A program made the translations under genes and the position numbers. Shown here in pieces: positions 26,301 to 38,406 of a DNA stretch of 64,000 nucleotides. Where the stretch lies: assembly GCF_000143415.4 (NCBI RefSeq), contig NW_003314276.1, positions 443,164-507,163 on the forward strand, read 5' to 3'. Origin of the DNA: Selaginella moellendorffii. Lineage: Eukaryota > Plantae > Lycopodiophyta. Under the pieces are notes generated by a model. The model ran no database searches and had not been told where the DNA came from. It saw nothing but the letters and a program-made list of their open reading frames with translations. Numbering within the stretch: the stretch's first letter is position 1; each line of letters begins with the position of its first letter.

Positions 26301-28675
26301 GTTTCAGGTTGCGGAGAGCCACAGTTTGGTAGACGCATGATCCCTGCAGCGCTGGTTGAAACACAACTCTGCCTGGATCAAAGAATGCCTCTGGACGAAC
26401 TTCCCATGAGTGAGAATGGAAAGTATGACCAAAACAAGAACCAATGATAGTCCAAGGCGGTAGCACGTTTGATGTACCCTTGGAGCTGCTGATGTCGTAG
26501 ACAAAGCAAGCCATGTGCTTGAAGTAGTAAAAGTTTGGAAGCTTTGGTTTGTAAGTCACATTAAAAGTGAACAGATCTCCAGCGTTGATTCGAGCGACCG
26601 GCGGGCAGACCTGAAATACCGGGTCAAAATTTTTGTAATACATCATCTCGCTGAAGTCACTGTCAACATAGGCTCCCGTTGGCTTGATCATCTCCAGATG
26701 CGGTTCCCGGATCACCCAGATGATGTTCACATGACCATCTCTGGAATTGTTCTTCACAGTTATGTTCTTCGTATGAGAGGAACCATTGCACTCACACATG
26801 CCAAAGTCAACCTGTGTCACATCCAGGGTCACCGGGTCCCATCCGTCCATGCTCCCATTAAAATATTCGTCCCAGACTTCGTTAGCTTTCATTACAGCTT
26901 TGGAAAAAACCGGAATAGAATCCACAAAAAAGTCCCCCAACATACTCTTTCTGTTCTCTTGAGGCACTAGAAGGCCTTTGAGCATATCAGGAACGGTCGT
27001 TGTACCGTGCTCTGATACTGTGCTCATGTTCCATTGATCAAAATCTTCCACCTCCGACTCATCGCCCTCAGCAACTTGTGTCCTGTCGGAGCTCCAAAAG
27101 TTTGTAGTCATAGGCTCGGGTTTTTTTCCTTTTCGGTCAATTAATGACTGTCGATGACGATCTATATGGTAGGACATCAAAGTTGATGCTCTCACGATGT
27201 CCCTGAAGCAAGTACCAACCAGATCACAATATAAGGGATACTGATCTTTGATAATGCACATGACACGCACGTAGTAATTGGCAGGCTCTATGGGCTTAAA
27301 CTTGACCGTCAGTATCACTGTGCTTCTTGGAGCAATGCAGCCATTTGATTCATGGAACTGGAATACCCCCATGTCACCCGGCATAAATTGAAACAGTACG
27401 GGCAGATCTGTCTGATTTTTCAATGTGATGGAGCGTGAGCTGTGCCCCCCTGACTCGACAGTGCCAAAGCTGACAGTAAAAGATGAAATTCTTACTGTTG
27501 GCCTCAATACTCCACCAACGCAAGTAAACGAAACTGGGCTGGTTTGTGGGACAACAAGATCGAAGTGTTCCACGGGACACGAACCAGCAACAGTAGGTCT
27601 ATATGTTAGCTACAAAGACTAAGAAAGTTCAAAGCAGATAGTAAAAAACCAATTATTGCTACCTTTAAATAATGTGTTGATCCTTCTGGTATAGTTCCTT
27701 CTGCGGGCTCCACCGTGAAGTCGGAATCAGTATTAAGTCTTTTTAGCTGATAAAATGAGGGAACTGCAGAATTATTAGTGACTTTCAAGTATATCACTCT
27801 GACAGTGCCAAGGAAAAGAGATCCAAAGTTTATCATCGTTTGGGATAGTGTAAGGAAAGAATGCTTTCCAACTCCATGCAGTTGAAGCTTGACAGACATG
27901 CCACCAATCCAGCACAATGCCTAAATTAAAATCAAAAGTTGAGAGTAAGAAAAATAAACACGAAGATCTTTAAACCCCTTAAGAGAAACTTGCATTCAAT
28001 TACCACAGCTTCGTACGGGCCAGCTTTCCTTGGAGCAAACCTTCCAGTAGCCAAGAGAGCATCTCCAGGATTTATAGTGACTTTTTCTGGAGCAATTGTA
28101 AAAGGAAGATGGACTTTCCAGCTCGCCGTCAAGATGGTATCACCAAGGTTCCTCATGATGAACTTCCTTTCAGTAAAATCATTCACTGGACAGTATCCCA
28201 GCCACAAGGCCTTTTGGAAACTGAGGCATACCAGCGGAGGAATTCCTCTCAGGGTCACGGAAAAATCTCCCTAAATAAATTATCTCATAAGGAAATGCTC
28301 AAGGCACACTAAACAATACCTTTGTGGATGAAAATTCGATCACGCTTTCATACCACTGCAGCTTTGAGGGCCTGAACACAACGCCAATGGCCACGGTAAC
28401 GAGCCCATTCAGCCTCACAGGCTCGTTGTAAGTCGTCCAAAACTGAGACGATGGAGGAGCACACCATTGTATAACCTGAATCGACGACTTCACTAAACAA
28501 AATTGAAAAGGAAGAGACTTACTTGAGTTTTATAAATTTTGTTTCTCACATATAAGATTTTGTGATACTCTCTTCCTGGGATCCAGTTGTGCCACTCGAT
28601 TGAATCTGGATATTGCAGACCCAGTTGGATACACTTATCAGCAAGGTCGATCATCCCTGAAAACCCTATTGGCAT
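23317..28675 (-). CDS. CFAP65: Cilia- and flagella-associated protein 65 (CCDC108-like; tandem ASH/PapD-like Ig domains), ~1673 aa
   Basis: Exons 28675-28523, 28475-28320, 28270-28004, 27920-27663, 27609-26288, 26235-26028 and 25974-23317 join in frame through GT-AG introns. N-terminal IEWHNWIPGREYHKILYVRN, FKPIEPANYYVRVMCIIKDQYPLYCDLVGT and repeated P.xG.I.P motifs fit CFAP65. Confidence 0.85.
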
Positions 28676-28705
28676 ATTCGTTTAAAAAGTCAAAATTAAT
28701 TGAAA

Positions 28706-31700
28706 CTAGCAGAGACCCCAGATATAGCATACCTAAGATAAATAAATCTTCTTTTCTAATTTTATTGTATACAAGGTTAAATTTATCAGATGCATTATAA
28801 TTTGTTATCAGATAAATGATAAAAAAAAATCAGATAAATGATAAATGATAAATCATAGATGAATTATAATATAGTGATATAAAATTTACATTGTGAGTTT
28901 CCAAGGAAGAATGGTGGATTATATGCAACCAAAAAGAATGACTCACTAGATGATACAAAAAAGTTTAAATAAAGGAAAAAGGTTTTTAAACAAGAGTTTT
29001 TGCAATTGGTTAAAGGTCTTAGGATACTTAGGGTTAAGTATATTTATGTTTGAGTAGTATTTATATATAAATTTTTTATATTAATGTTCTAATTTTCTTT
29101 TGTATTTTTAGATTAAAATTATTTTGGTCTAGATTATATATTTGAATAAATTTAAATTATAAACTAAAAGTATCTTTAAATTAGTTATATATTAATGTGT
29201 TACTAAATTTCAAGTTATAATTCTGTTGTGAATATTCAAGTGACAACAGAAATGATGAATAACATGCATTATTCCCCTTTCAATTATATTTTGAGACTCT
29301 TGGTGGAGAAGCTCTCATATCCAAAGTTTGATTTTAGAGCTTGGGAGATATAGCATACCCAAGATAAATAAATCTTCTTTTTATAAATTTACAATTTTAG
29401 AAATTTGGATTGTATATAAAGTTAGATTTATCTAAAATTTTCTGCTATTCATCTCTAAAGAAATGCACAATAATGCAAATAGATAATAATACAAAGTGTT
29501 GGGGAAGATAAGATCATTTTTTATCATCAATAAATTTGAATTTGATGTTTCATTGCCTTTATAAAAAAGGTGCACAACCCTAAACACACATGCAGGATTT
29601 TTTCCTTGCTTGAAAAGCACTTGAGTTTTCACAAAACAAAAAAATCATAGACTACCAAAAAACAAATAGCTTAGTTTGGAGAAATTTTAATTTTAATTGC
29701 ATACTGAGTTAAATTCTTTTTATCTGAAATATAATAATGCCTCTAACATTCATATTTTACTAAAGAATAATAGAATTTCTATTATCTGTAGGGTTTTAGA
29801 TTTTAAACATACATAAATAAATGTATCTACATATTTATATTAAACCTCATAAGCCAATAGTGAAGAATAGTTTACATTTTAGATTCTAAATCAAACTAAT
29901 ATTCTTTTATCTTCATCCAAATATAATAATTACATCAGAGATATAATGTTTGTATTAAGACAAATCTGTATTAAAACTTAATGATAAAACTATGAATTCA
30001 TGTCTCATATATGACATGGTATCTAATATGGTATAAGATATCACATACACATACAAATATCAAATCCATTTCTTAATAATATTTAAAAAATTAACAAAGT
30101 CTGTTATGTTTTTAATTAGTCTTCTTGCTCATAACCTTACTTTAATCTACCAGCAGCTTTACATGAGTTTTATCATTTGCCTCAATATTGAAACAATAAT
30201 TTATTTGCTATAGTTAAACCATATGGTTTACATAAGTCTTTTGATCTTGCTCTAGATTTTTTCTGCAAATGTATTATCTTAATTGCTATCAGAACATAAG
30301 GAAAATATCCTGTTAGTTCAAAATGGTAAATTAAGTATTTAAAAGAATAAAAGTTAATGGTTTCTAGATAGAGAAAAATTATATGTCACATTGATGAAAA
30401 AAATACAACTCCTCTGGGAATTATAGAAATAATAAATTTTAAAATACTTTTATTAGCTGTTTTATAAAATAAAAATTATTAATACACCAATAATAAAGAA
30501 AATGCTTTACCAATAAATCAAGAGTGTGAAAGACATTTTGTACCTTATAATATAAAAGATAACTACTATGGAATTTAAATGATGAAGAGATAAAATACTT
30601 GAGAAAAAAATATATAGAAAATTTTTTATACAAATAAAAAGTTAAAATGTTAAAAAGAGTGGTCTAAATGAAGTTCTCATGAGAAGAGATTCAGGTTACA
30701 AATTTGTAGAACAACTCACAATTAAATATCTAGATTGTTAGGAATAAAGTTTAAAATAATAAACTACACTTTATGAAGATGATATTTAGGTGATATCATG
30801 CTAGAAGTTATGATTATAACAGCTTATGGATGTGATGACTTTGAAAGCTTTAATAAACTTTAAAACTTGCAAATATTTTATTCAAGATTGTCTTTAGCCA
30901 ATGGATTTTAAATTATATATACCTAAAAATATACAAAATTTCAGTTCAAAATATAATTACAATTCATTTTTTAAAAACCGCTATTATAACATGATTATTA
31001 ACAGATATCAATTATAAAAAAGATTAATATTTTTAATAAAGTTAGATCTAGCACTTAAATAATGGTATTATTATATTTTTTATATGTTACTATATTTAAT
31101 ATATAGCAATAACATTATCAATGCTGGGAGAAATGAAAATTAGTTATTAAAGCCCCAGGTACGCTGGGAGTATTTTTTTTATTACTAATATCTTAATAAT
31201 ATCAAAGAGTTGTAATTGTAATTTTAGTTTTCAATATATTCATAATGATAACATGCATATTTAAACATCATATAATCTTTATATTAAAAATCCCATCTAG
31301 AATTGACTCTATCACCAGCACACATCAGGGCGTGAATGTGACTTCGGGTATCGAAAGTTACCTGTCGGCCAGTCCTTACGGACACTCTTACCTTACTGCC
31401 ATGATGGCAGGAGGTCGGTATTGCTAGACCCGTTATTAGTGTTCGCCTAAGCTAATTGAGAAACTGGTCCTCGCGTGTGCACTTGACCAGATGGGCATAA
31501 GGACGGAATTCCTAAGTGCTATTAGTCAAGCATATTTGACCTGGTTAGAGAAACTCATTCGTTGACTTGCACTTGCTAGTATTGGGAACCCCCGCGATAT
31601 TGAACTTGGTCCCTCAATATTCGCTAGATGATAGCTTACCGTGTCTGCCAAACACCCTCCCTATCATGCCCTTTGTGTTAGTCTCATTTCAGTCCCAAAT

Positions 31701-33614
31701 GCTATTTCTGGAAAGTGTCTTGATTTGCTCGTTTGGCATATCTATAGAATGTAGAGATCATCCCAAACACAATGGTGTCTGTCCCGTGTCCAAATTCACA
31801 ATCTAAGGACATTCCATATTTAGTAAGTTTTGAGCTTGTCCCAGAGACTAACTCTTGGTACTAAGGGAGGCTTGGGGTGAAAGCCTAAAACGTGCGTTCC
31901 TCAAGGGGGGGGGGGGGGGCTATGGGGGGTTCCAAATGTATAGTAGGGATAGTGGGTAAGTTGGGCATGGCCGACCAACCTAAGGCATAGTCTAGCTCCC
32001 ACTTGTGTGCCTGTCCTTGTTCTGCATCCGGCTTGGGTCTAAGCCCAAGTTCCATTCCATGCTAGCTGGTGGAGTACCCATGTCCTCGCGTTAGGCCACT
32101 GGTATGCCGAAATAGCGCCAGACTCTGTTTGGCTTTGTTTTGCGTGCTGGTCCTGGCATTAGGATGCTGGTTGCTCCAGGACTGTTCCAAGTCACTCTGG
32201 GCTCCTGTCCCTTTGCTCCTTGGGCTGTATGCTCGGGAGTTGCTCCGTGGTTCGGTTCCGTCACTCCTTGGCTCCAAGCTTGGGAGTTTGGCACCGTTCT
32301 TTCGTTCAGTGGCCCAAGGCCCTAAACCTCAAGTTCCACACCACGTTCCTTTGGACACGTGGCATGTGACACGTGGCATCTGTCACGTGGCACAAAAAGG
32401 CTTTAGGTTCCACTTTGTGGTGTTATCCTATGGTAAATCACCATAGGATAAAGGGTAAAAACCACGTGCACTACACATCATAACATAATAAATATAACAC
32501 ATAACATTATATAACATTTAAAACTTTGATTGTTGAGTGAAGTTCTAGATTTTCTATAAATTGAATAACTCACTATGGAATCCCATGGCCAGATGAGTCA
32601 TTTAGAGATTTAATTTAACTTATGTTTTAATAAGTACCATTAGATTACTGATAAAAATTAAATTATTATACAGAAGAAATAGCTGGAACTATTAAGTCCT
32701 CTATTTTCAATTAGAATATAAGATATTGTTATAGACTCTAATTTTTTTATATTCTACTTTAATATATTTTAAGTTTTTTCAATTAAATGTTTTCAAAAAA
32801 GTATATATAATAAAATCTCCATAAGGACATAGCATTATGTTTCTTTATGTTTCTATCATATTTCTATATATGATAGAATTATATTATTTTCTATAGTCAC
32901 TACTTTATTTACTTTTAAATTTAAAGTATATTTTCTATTCTATCTACTACATACCATCTTTGTGCAACAAAATTATGTTTAATTTTCGTAATGTAGTATA
33001 AAATCAATCAAGTACTTTTTGTTTTATAAAGATTTCATTCTATAGAACAAAGAGTATGCTGAAATATCTGCTGGGAGATTTAGCATACCCAAGATAAATA
33101 GATCTTCTTTTCAAATTTTACAATATTAGAAATTCTGATTGTATACAAGGTTAAATTTAGCTTAGCTTTGCTACTATTCATCTCCAGAGCAATGGACAAT
33201 AACGCAGTGAGATAATAATGCAAGTGTTGGGGAAGATAAGATAATTTTTTAATCATCATTAAATTTGAATTTGAAATTTTTTATTACCTTTATTAAAAGC
33301 TACACAACCCTAAACACATCTAGAAGATTTCTGTCAGGCTTTAAAAGCAATTGAGTTTTCACAAAGCCAAAGAATTATATACTACAAAAAAATAAAAGAT
33401 TAGTTTGGAGAAATTATAATTTTTATTGCATAAACTTTTTATCTGAATTGTAATGGTGCCTCTAAGGTTCATAGTTTACAATAGAATAATAGAATTTCTG
33501 TTATGTGTCTTTTTTTATATTTAAAAATATACATGAGTAAATGTATCTAGATATTCACACTACATTATAGGTGTTTGAAAAAGGTACATCCAAATATAAT
33601 AATTATATTGGAGA
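28706..33614 (-). mobile_element. AT-rich non-autonomous Helitron-derived sequence with 3' ends at 28706 and 31140; continues at 38613-~39580
   Basis: Minus strand reads hairpin-GTCTCTG-CTAG|T at 28706 and CCCAGCGTACCTGGG-GCTTTAATAA-CTAA|T at 31140. Internally duplicated blocks: 29340-29990 vs 33070-33614 plus 38613-38680. Confidence 0.65.
31328..32475 (+). repeat. Solo LTR of the same family as 2957-4074, with 5-bp TSD CATCA
   Basis: Full-length match to the LTR. CATCA at 31323-31327 and 32476-32480. The 5' TG is mutated to GG. An empty-site paralog lies at ~53940-53965 (minus). Confidence 0.9.
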
Positions 33615-33789
33615 TGTGAGGGCCAAGTGTACGGCTACGATGCCGTATACTAATATTAGTGTAGTGGATTTTGGTAGCCGTCGGATTGGTTTCAATCCGG
33701 ACCACTCGCTCCTGTATATAAGCTAGGGTTTTTGGGTTAATTGATATGCATATTTCTGTATTCCCTTTCCATATTCCATGCACTCACAT

Positions 33790-33807
33790 TGGTGGAGGTG
33801 AGGGGCA
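33790..33807 (+). promoter_or_regulatory. Primer-binding site, tRNA-Ala-like
   Basis: TGGTGGAGGTGAGGGGCA sits 1 nt after the LTR and resembles the complement of the tRNA-Ala 3' end (TGGTGGAGATGCGGGG). Confidence 0.65.
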
Positions 33808-34021
33808 CCTTTGATTGTCCCTGGGGAGTGCTTGGATTTGGGATTTCGGTTTAGATCTAGCTTTTGCATTGTTTAGATCTAGCTTTTTCCATTTCCTTTC
33901 TTTTGTTCTTTCCTTTCAGGATTTTGGTTTAGATCTAGCTTTTTGCATTGTCTAGATCTACCATTTCTTTCCAGCTTTTTGTCATTTCTCTTCTTTTGCT
34001 CTTCCTTTCTCATTCATTTTC

Positions 34022-34954
34022 ATGGCCGATCCGCAATCTCCTCCTTTGACTCTAGAGCAGCAGTTGGTTCAATTGCTTGATGCTATGCGCCTGCAATTGA
34101 ACAACCAAACTCAGTTGATGGCGGCGTTCACGGCACATGGTACAACTCCTCCTGCTTTTGGTGCCAATCCTCGCGTTCGGCCGGAGTTCTTTCGTGGGAA
34201 TCCTGGGGATGATGTGTACCATTGGTTCGATCACTTCACGGTGATTGCCACATATCATTCTTGGGATGATGCTCGACGTTTGCGTGAGTTCCCCACATGT
34301 CTTCAAGGGACGGCATTGCAGTGGTACAATGGATTGAGCGCAGCTACTCGTGGCGATTGGAGTGTTCTTCCAGACGTCTTCAAACGTGCCTTTGGACACG
34401 CCGACGATTGTGATGATGCCTTCCAACAATTGCATCGTCTTCGCCAAGGGCCATCTGAGTCGGTGATGCAATTTGGCGTTCGTTTCCGAAGTCTTTTGCT
34501 TCGTGCGGAGCCAAATATGTCGGAGTGGATCAAGCTAGGAATGCTGTGGCCAGCACTTCGTCAAGATCTTGTCGGACTTGTGCATGCACTTGCTCCTGCC
34601 ACTCTTGACGATGCTCTTCGCTTGGCACAATGTTATGAGACGTCGCCTCTTCCACTTCTTGCTACACGTCCTTCAGCTCCACTTCCTATGAGTGATGGTC
34701 CTGTTCCCATGGAGGTTGATGCTGCTGCTACTCGAGTCCAAGGACAAGGGCGAGGACGTGGTCGTGGCCGTGACATTCGTTACTGGGCGTGTGATGAAGT
34801 TGGTCATACTTATCGGCGTTGTCGGCGCTTTCCGGATTGGCGACCTCCATTTCCTGGGTGGAGACCTTGGCGTCAGCAACGTCCCGTTGGTGCTGCTGCG
34901 GTGGAAGGTTTGGATACCGAGGTGCATTCGGGAAACGAGGAGTCGCGCGAGTAA
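34022..34954 (+). CDS. gag: Gag (retrotransposon capsid; zinc knuckle with first Cys changed to Tyr)
   Basis: 310-aa ORF: LQGTALQWY, LRQGPSESV.QF..RF, GPVPMEVD, YWACDEVGHTYRRC. Confidence 0.9.
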   Translation: MADPQSPPLTLEQQLVQLLDAMRLQLNNQTQLMAAFTAHGTTPPAFGANPRVRPEFFRGNPGDDVYHWFDHFTVIATYHSWDDARRLREFPTCLQGTALQWYNGLSAATRGDWSVLPDVFKRAFGHADDCDDAFQQLHRLRQGPSESVMQFGVRFRSLLLRAEPNMSEWIKLGMLWPALRQDLVGLVHALAPATLDDALRLAQCYETSPLPLLATRPSAPLPMSDGPVPMEVDAAATRVQGQGRGRGRGRDIRYWACDEVGHTYRRCRRFPDWRPPFPGWRPWRQQRPVGAAAVEGLDTEVHSGNEESRE

Positions 34955-34993
34955 TGGAGGGACCTTGTGTGAATAAGTTAGTGACCCCTCCAT
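34930..34993 (+). promoter_or_regulatory. -1 programmed ribosomal frameshift signal (slippery heptamer plus H-type pseudoknot)
   Basis: G GGA AAC in the gag frame, then a 6-nt spacer. Stem 1 pairs 34943-34951 with 34964-34972; stem 2 pairs 34954-34961 with 34986-34993. Confidence 0.8.
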
Positions 34994-37900
34994 CTTTCTT
35001 TCGGGAGTATCATCAAGGGGTTCACTCGGCACCGGTTCATCCAGTGTTTACTTTCCAAGCTCGTTTTTATAACAAGAGGTCTCCTATTCTTCTCTCCGTG
35101 TTGGTTGATACAGGTTCGAGTTTATCTTCTATTGCTCTACCTGTTGCCACACGTTGTCGTCGTGCGGCGGATCCAGTTTTCATTCTTTATGGCAACGGCC
35201 GTACACATGCATGTGCACGAGATGAGGCGGACCTGGTTGTGCGTGTGGGCGATCTCGAGCTTGAGTTGCAGTCGTTGCGGGTGGTGCCGAGTCAAGCTTT
35301 TGACCTCATTCTTGGTATGGATTGGTTGCAACACAATCATGCCAAGTGTGACTTTGAGGCTTTTCCCCCTTGTCTCATACTTCCTTATGTTTCATCCATT
35401 CCTCTCACTTCCGTACCTCTTCGTCCCTCTACTTCTACCTCTGTTTCCATTACTTTTGTTCCCCCATTATTTCCTCTTGTGTTTCCATCTTGTTCTGCTC
35501 TTCCCTTTTCCGATCCCTCCGATGATCTTTGTGTTGCAGCTGTTGACCAGCTCATGAAGGAGTATTCTGATCTCTTTGAATTTGACCTATCGTCTGGGGC
35601 CAAGATTGCCACACGTCATCCCATTCCAACCGGGGATGCTCGTCCAATCAAGGTTCCTGTTCGTCGTTGGTCACCCAAGGAGATCAAGATTTTACGTGCA
35701 AACGTCAAGGAGATGTTGGAGAAGGGTGTTATTCGGAAGTCGCTGAGTCCTTGGGCATGTGAACCTCATCTTGTGACGAAGCCTGATGGGAGTATTCGTT
35801 TCTACATCGACTATCGTCCGTTAAATGAAGTGACGATCCCGGACGTGTACCCTCTTCCTCACACTGCTGATCTCTTGGATCGTCTGGGGCGAAGTCGTTG
35901 GTTCACCAAGCTAGATCTTGCTTCTGGGTATTGGCAAGTACTGATGGCTGAAGACGATATTCCTAAGACTGCTTTTCGTACACCATTTGGTTTGTACGAG
36001 TTTTTGGTGATGCCGTTTGGTTTGAACAATGCTCCAGCAACTTTTCAGCGAATGATGGACGAGATTCTTTGCGATATGCCGGAGGTGACGGCTGACCTCA
36101 TTGATGATGTCTTGATCCACTCGGAGGGGACGTGGGAGGAGCATGTTCGTGATGTTTGTAAAGTGTTGGATCGGTTACGCGACGTTGGTTTAAAGCTAAA
36201 GCAGTCGAAGTGCGTGTTTGGGTCCAAGGACACAACTTATCTTGGGTACCGTATTTCTCGTGAGGGTTTGCAAGTTGATCCTGACAAACTTGTGGCTGTT
36301 CTAAAGTTCCCTACTCCGAAGTGTGTGAATGATGTGCAGCGCTTTTTGGGTAAGGTGCAGTATCTCGGTCGTTTTGTGGATCATCTTTCCGATCGCACTT
36401 TACCATTGCGAGCGTTGCTGAAGTCATCAACGTCATCTTTCATCTGGTCTCCCGATTGTGAGCGGGCGTTCGTGAATCTCAAAGAGCTATTGACGACTCC
36501 TCCGGTTTTGGCATATCCTGACTACACTCAACCTTTTATTTTGCGCGTGGATGCTTCTGACATTGGTCTTGGAGGTGTGTTGATGCAAGAGAGCTCGAGT
36601 GTGCCTGGTCAGCGCCATCCCATTGCATACATAAGCCGTACATTACAACCAGCGGAGATGAACTACTCCACGACGGAGAAGGAGTGTTTAGCAGCAGTCT
36701 GGGGTTTCGAGAAACTTCATGCCTATCTACATGGTTCTCGGACGTTACTTGAAGGTGACCATGCTGCTGTTACTTCATTATTGAAGCGGAAGAACCTGGT
36801 TGGTCGTACGGCTCGATGGGCTTTGAAGCTTCAGATATATGATTTTGATGTTGTTCATCGCCCAGGGAGTTCTATGGCTGATGCTGATGCCCTTTCTCGA
36901 GCTCCTCTTCCTTCTCCACTCACTTCTCATGTTTCTGACAAACCTGTTGTTCCAGCATCTATGGATTTTCTAGATGAGGATTCTGTGCCGTCGGCGGTTG
37001 CTGTCCTTGACGTTCAGTGTCCACAGGGCGTAGAGCAAGATCTACCTTCTCTGGATGAGGTTCGCGAGGCTCAAAAGATTGAGCCGTGGATTCGAAGGCT
37101 TCGAGATGGGTTTGAGAATCTTGCATCACTTGCTGATGACTTGCCTTTTCGGCATTTACATTCTCAATATCGCTTTGAAGATGGCCTTCTTTATTTTGTG
37201 GGGACGGATCCTGATGCTCATTTACGGCTGGTGGTGCCTTCGGTGTTTATTCCGCGGTTTCTCCATGCCTACCATGATTCTCCTATTCTAGGTGGGCATA
37301 TGGGACACCGTCGTGTCACCGAGAAGTTGTGCAGATCTTTCTATTGGCCAGAGATGCGACGTGATATTATCCGGTATGTGCGTAGCTGCGTTTGGTGCCA
37401 AGCTCGTAATACTCCCCTTTGTGCTGCGGAAGGACGGTTGGAGTCAATTGCAGTTTCTCGTCCGTTTGAGTTGGTGGCGTTTGATCTTATGGGACCTTTT
37501 CCGCGATCGACTGCTGGCAATGAGTATGTTATTATTGCTTCTGACTACTTGACTCGTTGGGTGGAAGTTGGTGCTCTTGCTAGTGCCTCTGCAACTGCTG
37601 TTGGATACTTCCTCCTCAATTGAGTGGTGTTCCAGCATTCTTGTCCAGAACGGATTCTTTCGGATAATGGTCCTGCATTTATGGCTGAGGTATTTCATGT
37701 TTTAACATCTCGGTTGGGGATACGCCACACTTTTACGAGTGCTTATCATCCACAATCAGCCGGTCTGGTGGAACGGCTCGTTCGGACATTCAAAGGGATG
37801 ATTGCGAAGTATGTGAACTTTCAACATTCGGATTGGGATGGTTATTTGCCGTCTCTTCGGTATGCTTATGTCACAGGGGTGCAGAGTTCTGTTGGTGCTT

Positions 37901-38406
37901 CACCATATAAACTTCTATATAGTCATGATCCAATATTACCAACAGAGCTAGGTTTACCTTCGCGATTGCCACGAGCTCCTGATGCTAGGTCATGGGATCA
38001 ATATTTGACAAGCATTCTTCCACTTGTCCGAGCAGAGTCTGCTGAACACTTAGGCCGCGTACAAGTGGGACAACAACGGCGCTACAATTCCCATCATCGT
38101 CCACCAGCGGAGTACAAAGTGGATGATTTGGTGTTAGTCCGTTTTCCCCATCTTACGGTACGTGGTTTATCTAAGGGGCTCCTTGCGCAGTGGAAAGGAC
38201 CGTATCGGGTGTTGCGGCAAGTTGGACCACAAGTTTATGAGGTTCGGCATGACATTCAGCAGGCCGATCCTCCGGAGATTGTGCATGTGCAGCGATTAAA
38301 ACGCTTCATACAGAGGGATCAGGAGCAGTTAATACCGTCTACCGATCCACCAATGCCTCCTCCCGACGTTCCTCCAGATCCCGACCCATCTACAAGAGAA
38401 CCCTGA
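34930..38406 (+). pseudogene. pol: Pol (protease-RT-RNaseH-integrase) in the -1 frame, with one in-frame TGA at 37621-37623
   Basis: LVDTGS; KLDLASGYWQ; MPFGLNNAPATFQR; LIDD; DASDIGLGGVL; HHCC zinc finger; SDNG...E; WKGPY. ORFs 34819-37623 and 37624-38406 are in the same frame. Confidence 0.93.

Noticed and set aside
27988-27993. Possible GC donor in CFAP65 intron 3
   Set aside because: An upstream GTAATT donor at 28003 gives the correct phase.
32062-32446. Similar ORFs in both long LTR copies
   Set aside because: Frames are not conserved between copies and there is no protein motif; this is GC-rich LTR sequence.
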